Shown in pieces: positions 18,573 to 26,269 of a DNA stretch of 40,579 nucleotides (within the stretch, counting starts at the first letter, position 1; every line of letters starts with the position of its first letter). The position numbers and the translations under genes are program-made. The stretch is from positions 1 to 40,579 of the forward strand of contig JAWXCJ010000386.1 in assembly GCA_034408875.1 (NCBI GenBank), read 5' to 3'. The notes beneath the pieces were generated by a model that did not search any database, was not told the origin of the DNA, and saw nothing but the letters and a program-made list of their open reading frames with translations. This stretch comes from Actinomycetota bacterium. GTDB lineage: Bacteria > Actinomycetota > Acidimicrobiia > IMCC26256 > PALSA-610.

Positions 18573-21025
18573 AGCGGCCTCGCCTCCGGGTCGGGTCGCT
18601 GCTGTTCTGGATGTTCTTCGTGCCGTACACGATCGGCGTCGTCATTTTCCTGGCGGCCGGCCTGGCGCCGTCGGTTGTCAAGGAGTTCAGCGGCATGCAC
18701 GGGTCGTTGCACGACTACGCCGACGACGCGCTGCGCGCCGACGGCGAAGTGCTCGTCGAGTTCGAGAACATCGACGTCGACGATGCGCACTCGATCGTGA
18801 TCCTGGGTCGCGACGGCGGACCGGTCGTGGCTTCCGCCGGGGTTGCGCCCGGGGGGAATGTCACGAGGACGATCACGGCCCCGTCTGCCGGTGTCAACCG
18901 CGTGGTCATGCCCGGCTTCGACGTCGAAGGCGAGATCCGCTTCACCGACGACGGCCGGACCTCGGCCTCGTTCGAACTCGACCTGCGCCGCGTCGAACGG
19001 GCCGATACCGACGGCTGGTCGGGCGTGGCCCGCAAGGTCGCCGACGCGTCGCATCGGGCCGACCACGGCGGCCGGGTCACGCTCGAGACCCTGTTCAGCG
19101 CGCTCAACCTCGGCCTCGGGATCATGTTGGTCGTGCGCCGCCCGCGCGACCGGACGGCCCGTCTCCTCGCGGTCGCGATGATCGGTACCGCGATCACGTT
19201 CAACCACCAGAGCCACAGCACGGTGCGCGACTACATCATCGGTGACTGGTGGTTCCAGCACGACTTGGCCCACCTGTTGTCGGGCGTCGCGTACATGTAC
19301 GCGGTGATCGTGTTCCCCGACGGACGGTTACTGCCGCTCGACACCCGCCATCGTCGCTGGTTGCGTACCGCGTATGGTTTCGCGACCCTCGTACTCGCGA
19401 TGGCCGTGCTGGGCGGCACGTCGGCCGGCCACCCGGGTCAACCGTTCTTCACCGTGCTCTTCGGGCTGCTCATTCCTCTCGTCGGTGTCGCCGCCCAGAC
19501 GTACCGGTTGCGCCGCGCGTCCGATCCTGTCGTGCGCCAGCAATCGCGACTGTTGCGGTGGGGTCTGCTCCCGATGCTTGTCGGCGGTGTCTCATACGTC
19601 GTACTCACGCGGGTGTTCGCCGGCGACCGGATCGAGGACATCGGACTCGCAGTGTTCCCCGCGCTGTTCGCGCTCGTGCCCCTGGCGCTGGTGATGGGAA
19701 TACTGCGGTACCGGCTCTGGGACATCGACGTCTTGATCAGCCGGACCCTCCTTTCGGTCGGGCTCGCCGCGTTCATCGGCCTCGTGTACGTGACATTCGT
19801 CGTCGTGCTCGGCCACGGCATCGGTGGCGCCGGATCGGCCGGTCTGAAGATTCTCGCGACCGCGATCGCGGCGTTCGCGTTCGAGCCGGTGCGCGAACGG
19901 TTGTCGCGCTTCGCCGACCGACTCGTGTACGGCGAACGGGCGACCCCGTACGAGGTCATGGCCGAGGCGAGTGACCGGCTCGCGGGCGCGATCTCGGTCG
20001 AGGAGATCCTGCCGCGCATCGCCGAGGCGACGGTCAAGGGAGTTGGTGGCGTCGCCGGCCAGGTGACCGCGTTCCTGCCGGGCGGCGGGAGCCGCACGGT
20101 CGAGTGGCCCGCGGGCGGCCTCGTCGACTCGTTCCCGTTCGTCGTGCCGGTGATGTACGGCGGCGACGAAGTCGGCGAGATCGCGATCGCGACGGCACAC
20201 GGCGAACGGCTGCGGCCCGAGGACGAAGAACTGCTGACCGCGCTCGCCGCGCAGGCCGGCCTCGCGGTGAACAACGCCCGGCTCACGATCGAACTCCAGG
20301 CCCGGCTTCAGGAGATCTCGGAGCAGGCGGCCGAGCTGCACGCCTCACGCCAGCGCATCGTGACCGCGCGCCAGGAACAACGACAGCGCGTCGTGCAACT
20401 GATCCACGACCGCGTCGAGGTGCGACTCGACCGGGTCGGGTCCATGATCGAGGAGCTCGACCCGCTGCTTCCGACCCACGTCGACGACGCTTTCGTGTGC
20501 ATCGACGCGTTGCTGGAGGAGTGTGGCGCGGCGCTCGACGGCCTGCGTGACCTCGCGCGCGGCATCTTCCCCGCCATCCTCGCCGACCAGGGCGTGGTGT
20601 CCGCGCTCGACGCCTACGTGCTCCAGGCCCGGCTCCCGGTCGACGTCCGGCTCGACGGCTCGGGCGCAATGGACCGCTACGACGCGCAGTCGGAGACGAC
20701 CGTGTACTTCTGCGCCATCCAGGCGCTCGCCAACGCAGGGACGTACGCGTCGGGCAGCAACGTCGTGGTCGAGGTGCGCGCCGAGTTCGGCCGACTGGCG
20801 TTCTCGGTCGTCGACGACGGTCCGGGAGTCGATCCGCACCGGCTCCTCGCCGGCGCCGACGTGCGCGACATGCACGACCGGGTGGAAGCGGTCGGTGGCG
20901 AACTCGAGACCACATCCGAGCTCGGCGTGGGCACGACCATCGTCGGCTGGGTCCCGCTCCACACGCTCGTCACCGCGTCGCGCTCATCCGGTGTGAACCA
21001 AAGTGGCCGCTCAGCAGCCACGTAG
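18569..21025 (+). CDS. Multi-TM sensor histidine kinase-like protein with extracellular cupredoxin-like domain and degenerate ATPase boxes
   Basis: GTGA overlap; RYRLWDID, LVYGERATPYEV, GAF-like region, IHD, QALANAGTYA, DDGPGVD, AGADVRDMHDR. Confidence 0.82.
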   Translation: MKRPRLRVGSLLFWMFFVPYTIGVVIFLAAGLAPSVVKEFSGMHGSLHDYADDALRADGEVLVEFENIDVDDAHSIVILGRDGGPVVASAGVAPGGNVTRTITAPSAGVNRVVMPGFDVEGEIRFTDDGRTSASFELDLRRVERADTDGWSGVARKVADASHRADHGGRVTLETLFSALNLGLGIMLVVRRPRDRTARLLAVAMIGTAITFNHQSHSTVRDYIIGDWWFQHDLAHLLSGVAYMYAVIVFPDGRLLPLDTRHRRWLRTAYGFATLVLAMAVLGGTSAGHPGQPFFTVLFGLLIPLVGVAAQTYRLRRASDPVVRQQSRLLRWGLLPMLVGGVSYVVLTRVFAGDRIEDIGLAVFPALFALVPLALVMGILRYRLWDIDVLISRTLLSVGLAAFIGLVYVTFVVVLGHGIGGAGSAGLKILATAIAAFAFEPVRERLSRFADRLVYGERATPYEVMAEASDRLAGAISVEEILPRIAEATVKGVGGVAGQVTAFLPGGGSRTVEWPAGGLVDSFPFVVPVMYGGDEVGEIAIATAHGERLRPEDEELLTALAAQAGLAVNNARLTIELQARLQEISEQAAELHASRQRIVTARQEQRQRVVQLIHDRVEVRLDRVGSMIEELDPLLPTHVDDAFVCIDALLEECGAALDGLRDLARGIFPAILADQGVVSALDAYVLQARLPVDVRLDGSGAMDRYDAQSETTVYFCAIQALANAGTYASGSNVVVEVRAEFGRLAFSVVDDGPGVDPHRLLAGADVRDMHDRVEAVGGELETTSELGVGTTIVGWVPLHTLVTASRSSGVNQSGRSAAT

Positions 21026-21035
21026 CTTCACACAC
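20991..21035. repeat. Degenerate copy 2 of palindrome family B, overlapping the kinase stop codon
   Basis: 37/45 identity, ungapped, to 15941-15985. Confidence 0.8.
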
Positions 21036-21082
21036 GGTTCAGGTGCACGGTTGGGGCGATACGGCGTGGGTAGCGTGCGCCC

Positions 21083-21619
21083 ATGCGCCGGTCCCTTCCT
21101 TTCCTCGCGGCCGTATTCGCCGCCGCACTCGTGCTTTCCGCCTGTGGCGGTGACGACGACGATGCGGCATCCGACCCCGTCGAGGAGTCCGACGACATCG
21201 GCGACGCGCCGACTGACGAGACCGACGCGCCCGACGAGTCCGCCGACGAGGTCGAAGAGGTAGCGGCCGACGACGCCGCAGGTTCGGCCGGCGACTGCCA
21301 CCTCACGCCCGAGCAGGTGTCAGAGGTGGTCGGCCACGACATGGTCGAGGTCGACGGTCAGTGCGCGTGGGAGGCGGCCGACGCCGACAGCGGGACGGTG
21401 CTCGAGGTGTACTACTCGGGCGCGGTCGGCGAGGAGTTCGACACGCTCGACAGCGCGGTCGAAGGTGTCGGCGACGAAGCCCACCTCGATGTGAGCGACG
21501 CGCTGTGGGTGAAGTCCGGCGACACCTATTTCAACGTGCAGGTCATCAGCTTCGGCGGAGAACTCGACGCGTACACAGCGCAAGAAGCGCTCGCGCAGCT
21601 GATCCTGGCCGACATGTAG
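21083..21619 (+). CDS. Acidic lipoprotein of unknown function
   Basis: Lipobox LVLSAC, D/E-rich linker, paired Cys (DCHLT..GQCAW); TAGCGT 6 nt before ATG. Confidence 0.8.
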   Translation: MRRSLPFLAAVFAAALVLSACGGDDDDAASDPVEESDDIGDAPTDETDAPDESADEVEEVAADDAAGSAGDCHLTPEQVSEVVGHDMVEVDGQCAWEAADADSGTVLEVYYSGAVGEEFDTLDSAVEGVGDEAHLDVSDALWVKSGDTYFNVQVISFGGELDAYTAQEALAQLILADM

Positions 21620-21628
21620 TCGTCGAAC

Positions 21629-21739
21629 TCAGATCGCGGTCGGGTGCCGCGGCTCGTAGCCGAGGACGGCGCGGAACACGGCGCGCACGGTGTCGGGCTC
21701 GGGGGAGTACAGCAGGTTGTGGGTTCCGATGATGCCCAT
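21629..21739 (-). pseudogene. N-terminal remnant of a VOC/glyoxalase-family protein
   Basis: AAGGAGG RBS then MGIIGTHNLLYSPEPDTVRAVFRAVLG, matching the VOC N-terminal pattern; stops after 36 aa. Confidence 0.65.
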
Positions 21740-21768
21740 CGTCAGCCTCCTTGGGCGAGCAGGCACGA

Positions 21769-22914
21769 TCAGCCGCGCGACTCCGCCCACGTCTTGCCCT
21801 GCTCGACGTCGACATCGTGGGGCAGCCCGAGCAGGCGCTCGGAGATGATGTTGCGCAGCACTTCGCTGGTGCCGCCGCCGACGGTGAGCGCCGGGCTGAA
21901 CAGGAACCCGCGTTCCCACTGGGCCCACTCGGGATCGGCGTCGTGCACCATCCCGTACGCACCCATCAGTTCCTTGCCGAGTTCGAACACGCGCTTGCCG
22001 TGCGGGTCGGCGAGGGCCTTGCGCAACGACGCGTCGGGGCCGGGCTTCTTGTTCACCGCGGCCGAGATCATGCGCAGCTTGTGGTACTTCAGGATCTCGC
22101 CCTCGATGAACAAGCCGACGAGCCGTTGGCGTTGCACGGTGTCCGACAGTCCGCCGTTGGCCTTCACCTGGTCGACGAGCGTGCGCGCGCTCGGGCCGTA
22201 GCCCCACTGCGCGCCGGTGCCCGTCGAGAGCGACACCCGTTCGTTGGCGAGCGTCGTTTTGGCCATGCCCCACCCGAGGTGCTCCTCGCCGATGAGATTC
22301 TCGGCCGGCACTCGCACGTCGGTGAAGAACACTTCGTTGAAGCCTCCGCCGCCCGTCATGTTCCGGATCGGTCGGATCTCGATGCCTTCGAGGTCCATCG
22401 GGATGATGAAGTACGAAATGCCGCGGTGCTTCGACACGTCGCTGCGCGTGCGCGCGATGAGGATGCCGAACTTCGCGACCTCGGCCAGCGAGGTCCAGAT
22501 CTTCTGGCCGTTCACGATATATACGTCGCCGTCGCGCCGGGCCCGGGTGGCGAGGTTCGCGAGGTCGGAACCGGCGCCCGGCTCACTGAACAGCTGGCAC
22601 CACATCTCCTCGGCCGCGAGCATCGGCAGGAGGTAGCGCTGCTTCTGCTCGTCGGTGCCGAGCGCGAGCACGATCGGCCCGCAGTGCCCGATACCGATCG
22701 GGTTCGTCGGCTTGTTCACGCCCGCCCGCCGCATCTCGTCTTCGATGATGAGCTGCAGCTCCGGGTCGGCGTCGAGCCCGTACGGCGCCGGCCAGTGCGG
22801 CACGACGTACCCCGCGTCAACCAGCTCCCGTGGTTTCGGCGCGGGGTGCTCCTCGAAGAAGCGCCTGACCTCGACGCGCCGAGGATCGTCTTCCGCAGGC
22901 AGATCGAGATCCAC
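21769..22914 (-). CDS. Acyl-CoA dehydrogenase (FadE17/FadE34-C-half-like)
   Basis: WCQLFSEPGAGSDLA, VNGQKIWTS, FNEVFFTDVRVP, TLANER, GGTSEVLRNIISERLLGLP; GGAGG RBS. Confidence 0.9.
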   Translation of the reverse strand: MDLDLPAEDDPRRVEVRRFFEEHPAPKPRELVDAGYVVPHWPAPYGLDADPELQLIIEDEMRRAGVNKPTNPIGIGHCGPIVLALGTDEQKQRYLLPMLAAEEMWCQLFSEPGAGSDLANLATRARRDGDVYIVNGQKIWTSLAEVAKFGILIARTRSDVSKHRGISYFIIPMDLEGIEIRPIRNMTGGGGFNEVFFTDVRVPAENLIGEEHLGWGMAKTTLANERVSLSTGTGAQWGYGPSARTLVDQVKANGGLSDTVQRQRLVGLFIEGEILKYHKLRMISAAVNKKPGPDASLRKALADPHGKRVFELGKELMGAYGMVHDADPEWAQWERGFLFSPALTVGGGTSEVLRNIISERLLGLPHDVDVEQGKTWAESRG

Positions 22915-22931
22915 GCACGCCTCCGTTCGGG

Positions 22932-22984
22932 CGAAATTGCGCCATCGGGCGACCGAAACGGTCGCCGTACGGCGCAATTTCGGG
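22932..22984. repeat. REP-like interrupted palindrome (family C, copy 1)
   Basis: cgaaattgcgcc-N4-ggcgaccg-aaa-cggtcgcc-N4-ggcgcaatttcg. Confidence 0.88.
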
Positions 22985-22986
22985 AC

Positions 22987-24132
22987 TTAGAGCATTTGCG
23001 AGCCGACGACCCACATGGCGAAGTACTGCGCGGCACCACCGTAGGCGTGACCGAGGGCACGGCGGGCGCCGTCGATCTGGTGCGCACCGGCGAGGCCGCG
23101 GACCTGGAGCGCCGCTTCCGCGAAGCGCAGCATTCCCGACGCGCCGATCGGGTTCGACGAGAGCACGCCGCCCGAGCAGTTGACGGGGATGTCGCCCTCC
23201 ATCGAGGTGGCACCCGACTCGGTGAGCTTCCAGCCTTCGCCCTCGGACGCGAATCCGAGGTTCTCCATCCACATCGGCTCGTACCAGCTGAACGGCACGT
23301 AGATCTCGGCGAGGTCGAGTTCCAGGCGCGGGTTGGTGATGCCGGCTTGTTGGTACACGTCGGCCGAGCAGTCTTGGCCGGCGCGCGGGTTGACCGGATC
23401 GCGGCCCGGGAACCAGCCCAACTCGGTGCGCACCGCGGTGCCGTGCACCCACGCCGGAGGACGAGCCGCGCGCCGGCCGCCCGCTTCGTTCGTGAGCACC
23501 ATGGCGACGGCGCCGTCAGACGTGGGGCACGACTCCAACCGGTGGATCGGCGCCCACACCATCGGCGACTCCAACACCATCTCGATCGAGATGTCGGGGA
23601 TCTGCAAGTGCGCGTACGGGTTCTTCAGCGCGTTCAGCCGGTCCTTCACCGCGACCATCGGCCCGACATAGTCGGGTGCGCCCGAACGCTCAATGTACGC
23701 CCGGATGTGCGGCGCGAAGTAGCCGCCCGCGCCCACACCGCCGCTGCGACCGCTCGAGAACGCGAAGTTGGTGTCGCCTTCTGACTGCTTCTCGAACGCG
23801 AGCGTGAGCACCCGCTCGTGCACACGCGACTGCACCAGGTGCGACGCGACCACAGCCGTCGAACCGCCGACGCTGCCCGCGGTGTGTACGCGCATGATCG
23901 GCTTGCCCGCCGCGCCGAGCGCGTCGGCGAGGTAGATCTCGGGCATCATCACGCCCTCGAAGATGTCGGGCGCGGTACCGATCACGACGGCGTCGATGTG
24001 CTTCCACGTCATCTCGGCGTCGTCGAGCGCGCGCTGGGCGGCCTCGCGGCACATGCCCGCCATCGACACGTCGTCGCGGCACTTCGACAACTTCGTCTGC
24101 CCGATGCCAACTACTGCACAACGTTCAGCCAT
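22987..24132 (-). CDS. ltp3: Thiolase-superfamily (SCP-x-like) protein, Ltp3-like
   Basis: GVMMPEIYLADALGAAGKPIMRVHTAGSVGGST, EIYVPFSWYEPMW.ENLGF, SSNPIGASGMLRFAEAA, HAYGGAAQYF; TAATG overlap. Confidence 0.82.
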   Translation of the reverse strand: MAERCAVVGIGQTKLSKCRDDVSMAGMCREAAQRALDDAEMTWKHIDAVVIGTAPDIFEGVMMPEIYLADALGAAGKPIMRVHTAGSVGGSTAVVASHLVQSRVHERVLTLAFEKQSEGDTNFAFSSGRSGGVGAGGYFAPHIRAYIERSGAPDYVGPMVAVKDRLNALKNPYAHLQIPDISIEMVLESPMVWAPIHRLESCPTSDGAVAMVLTNEAGGRRAARPPAWVHGTAVRTELGWFPGRDPVNPRAGQDCSADVYQQAGITNPRLELDLAEIYVPFSWYEPMWMENLGFASEGEGWKLTESGATSMEGDIPVNCSGGVLSSNPIGASGMLRFAEAALQVRGLAGAHQIDGARRALGHAYGGAAQYFAMWVVGSQML

Positions 24133-25184
24133 TAGTTGCGTCCTTCGACAACGCATACGAGGTTCTGTTGCAGGCACGGACCCGACGATGCGTGGCCCAG
24201 TGCCTTGCTCTTGCCGTTCTTCATCACTTGGTTCGCGGCTTCGCCGATGCGGGCGAGGCCGGTGACCATCATCGGGTTGCCGACGACCGCACCGCCCGAC
24301 GGGTTGATCGCGCAACCTGCTCCCAACCCGAGCGCGTCGGCGAGGACCAACTCCTCGTGCGAGCACACCGCCGCGAGTTCGGCCACTTCGACACCTGCCG
24401 CGCCTGCTTTCTCACCCGCGAGCTTCGCCGACGGCGACACCGAGAGGTCGCGCACGCCCGGGTAGTGCGGGTCGACGCGGTGGTCGAGGCCCGAGATCCA
24501 CGCGGGGCGGTCGCACAGGTCACGGGCCCGGTCGCCCGCGACCATCACGATCGCGGCCGCACCGTCGACCGGTGGGCCGATGTCGTGCTCGCGCAGCACA
24601 CCGGCGACCGGGTCCTTGGCGAGCAGGTCGTCGACCGTGTAGTCGCCCGAAATCGTCGCGTACGGGTTCGCCTTCGCCGCCCGCCGCCGTTCGACCACGA
24701 TCTCGGCGAGGTCGCGCTCGGTCTTGCCCGTGCGTTCGAGCACGGCGTCGGCCTGGAGCGCCGCGAGCGACACGTAGTCGGCACCCAACGGCGCCAGGTA
24801 GTACGGGTCGAACTGGAACAGCAGCGTCTCGCGCAGGTCGTGACCGAGTCCGGCCCGGCCCGAGGAGAACACGAGGGCGACGTCGACGTCGCCGTGCTGG
24901 CACCGCACCCACGCTTCGAACAGCGCCCACGCGCCGTCCATCTCGACGTGCGACTCCGAGATCGGCGGCCACGCGCCCGCCGCTTCGAGCATCGACACGA
25001 AGGTGAACGTGCTCCCGGTGAGGTAGTCGGCGCTGCCCGAGCAGGTGAAGCCGACGTCTTTGCGGGTCAGGCCGACGTTCCCGAGTGCCTCGGTGATCGT
25101 CGGGATCAACATCATCGTCTCGGTCTGCCCCGGCGGCTGGTCCAGCGGCGCCTGGGCGAACGACACGATTGCCACGTCACGCAT
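24132..25184 (-). CDS. ltp4: Thiolase-superfamily protein, Ltp4-like
   Basis: MRDVAIVSFAQ, GFTCSGSADYL.G, GAWPPISESHVEMDGAWAL, HASSGPCLQQNLV. Confidence 0.82.
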   Translation of the reverse strand: MRDVAIVSFAQAPLDQPPGQTETMMLIPTITEALGNVGLTRKDVGFTCSGSADYLTGSTFTFVSMLEAAGAWPPISESHVEMDGAWALFEAWVRCQHGDVDVALVFSSGRAGLGHDLRETLLFQFDPYYLAPLGADYVSLAALQADAVLERTGKTERDLAEIVVERRRAAKANPYATISGDYTVDDLLAKDPVAGVLREHDIGPPVDGAAAIVMVAGDRARDLCDRPAWISGLDHRVDPHYPGVRDLSVSPSAKLAGEKAGAAGVEVAELAAVCSHEELVLADALGLGAGCAINPSGGAVVGNPMMVTGLARIGEAANQVMKNGKSKALGHASSGPCLQQNLVCVVEGRN

Positions 25185-25201
25185 CGTTGTGTCCTCTCCC
25201 A

Positions 25202-25246
25202 ATCACAGGCATCACAGGCGTTACAGGCATCACGGGCATCACAGAA
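25202..25246. repeat. 9-bp tandem repeat (atcacaggc) x5 starting at a stop codon
   Basis: atcacaggc atcacaggc gttacaggc atcacgggc atcacagaa. Confidence 0.85.
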
Positions 25247-25778
25247 TGTGCTCGCCGTACTCTTCGACCGGCGCGTCGGGCTCGCCGGTCAACTTCCATC
25301 CGGTGATCGCGCGGCCGAGACCGAAGCCGCGCGCCGCGCCCTCCGGGCTCGCCGACCGTTCCGATTCGGGTAGCCACACCGCTTCAACGCGCATGCCCGT
25401 ACGCACGTCGTCGATCGGGATGCCGTCGAGGCGCTGCATCGAGATCGTGGAGTCGGTGCCGGCGAGCAGGATCGTCGCCTGCGCGTAGTCGTCGTGCTCC
25501 TCTTGCCCCTGGTACTGGAGCGGCGTGATCACCGAGAAGGTGGTGACGATGCCGCGGGGTTGGACCTCGACCTCGTGCGCAGCGGTGGTCTCGATGACGC
25601 ACAGCGGGCAGTACCCGCGTGCGGGCACGTAGACCTTGCCGCACTCCGGGCACTTGTGGCCGACGACGCGTCCCGCCGCGAGCTGTTTCGCCGACTCGAT
25701 CGACAGCAGCGACGGCGCGGGCAGCTTGTACTCGACCTTGGTGTGATGCGACATGAACTGCACCGGTTCGCGAGTCAT
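25239..25778 (-). CDS. DUF35 Zn-ribbon/OB-fold protein (Rv3521 C-terminal half-like)
   Basis: CPECGKVYVPARGYCPLC zinc ribbon, VRTGMRVEAVW, TGEPDAP; ATGA overlap. Confidence 0.85.
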   Translation of the reverse strand: MTREPVQFMSHHTKVEYKLPAPSLLSIESAKQLAAGRVVGHKCPECGKVYVPARGYCPLCVIETTAAHEVEVQPRGIVTTFSVITPLQYQGQEEHDDYAQATILLAGTDSTISMQRLDGIPIDDVRTGMRVEAVWLPESERSASPEGAARGFGLGRAITGWKLTGEPDAPVEEYGEHIL

Positions 25779-26203
25779 TTCTGAGGCTCGGGTTCGAAGC
25801 ACGCGATGTCGTTGACGTGCCCGACCCGCTCGTCGGCCCAGCGGATCTGCACCCGCATGCCCTTGGAGCAGGCGTCGGGCGAGCCCGCGTCGAGCGCGTG
25901 CACGAGCGCGGTGTCGGCCCCGTCGAGGCGCACCAGCGCCCAGGCGAACGGCCGGTCGAGCGGATGCGTCCGCATCGGCTCCGCTACCCAGGCGAAACGC
26001 TCCACCACACCCGCCGAGCCGACCTCGACCATTTCGGCGATGTCCTCGCCGGTATCGGGGTCGTATTCGAGCGGTGGGACCAGCACCCGGCCGCCGGCGG
26101 TCTTCGCGCCGATGACCTGTTGGTCGCGCAGGCCGGCGAGGAAGGCACCGATTACGGGGCCGACACTGCGCCGGTAGGGAAATTCAAGCGTCCATGTAGC
26201 CAC
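25775..26203 (-). CDS. DUF35 OB-fold protein lacking Zn cysteines (Rv3521 N-terminal half-like)
   Basis: YRRSVGPVIGAFLAGLR, GRVLVPPLEYDP.TGE, HPLDRPFAWALVRLDGADTALVH, RVGHVNDIACF. Confidence 0.85.
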   Translation of the reverse strand: MATWTLEFPYRRSVGPVIGAFLAGLRDQQVIGAKTAGGRVLVPPLEYDPDTGEDIAEMVEVGSAGVVERFAWVAEPMRTHPLDRPFAWALVRLDGADTALVHALDAGSPDACSKGMRVQIRWADERVGHVNDIACFEPEPQK

Positions 26204-26247
26204 GGTGGGGATTCGATCAGAGGACCGTGTCGTTGGGCAAGACGGGG

Positions 26248-26261
26248 TAGAACGTGTTTCA
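26248..26261. promoter_or_regulatory. KstR-type operator TnnAACnnGTTnnA
   Basis: TAGAACGTGTTTCA, exact consensus match, in the 66-bp gap between the divergent DUF35/ltp operon and fadD19. Confidence 0.78.
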
Positions 26262-26269
26262 CTGAAGCC

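Noticed and set aside
21751-25373. 677-aa and 401-aa plus-strand ORFs
   Set aside because: Antisense to ACAD and thiolase genes that have clear motifs
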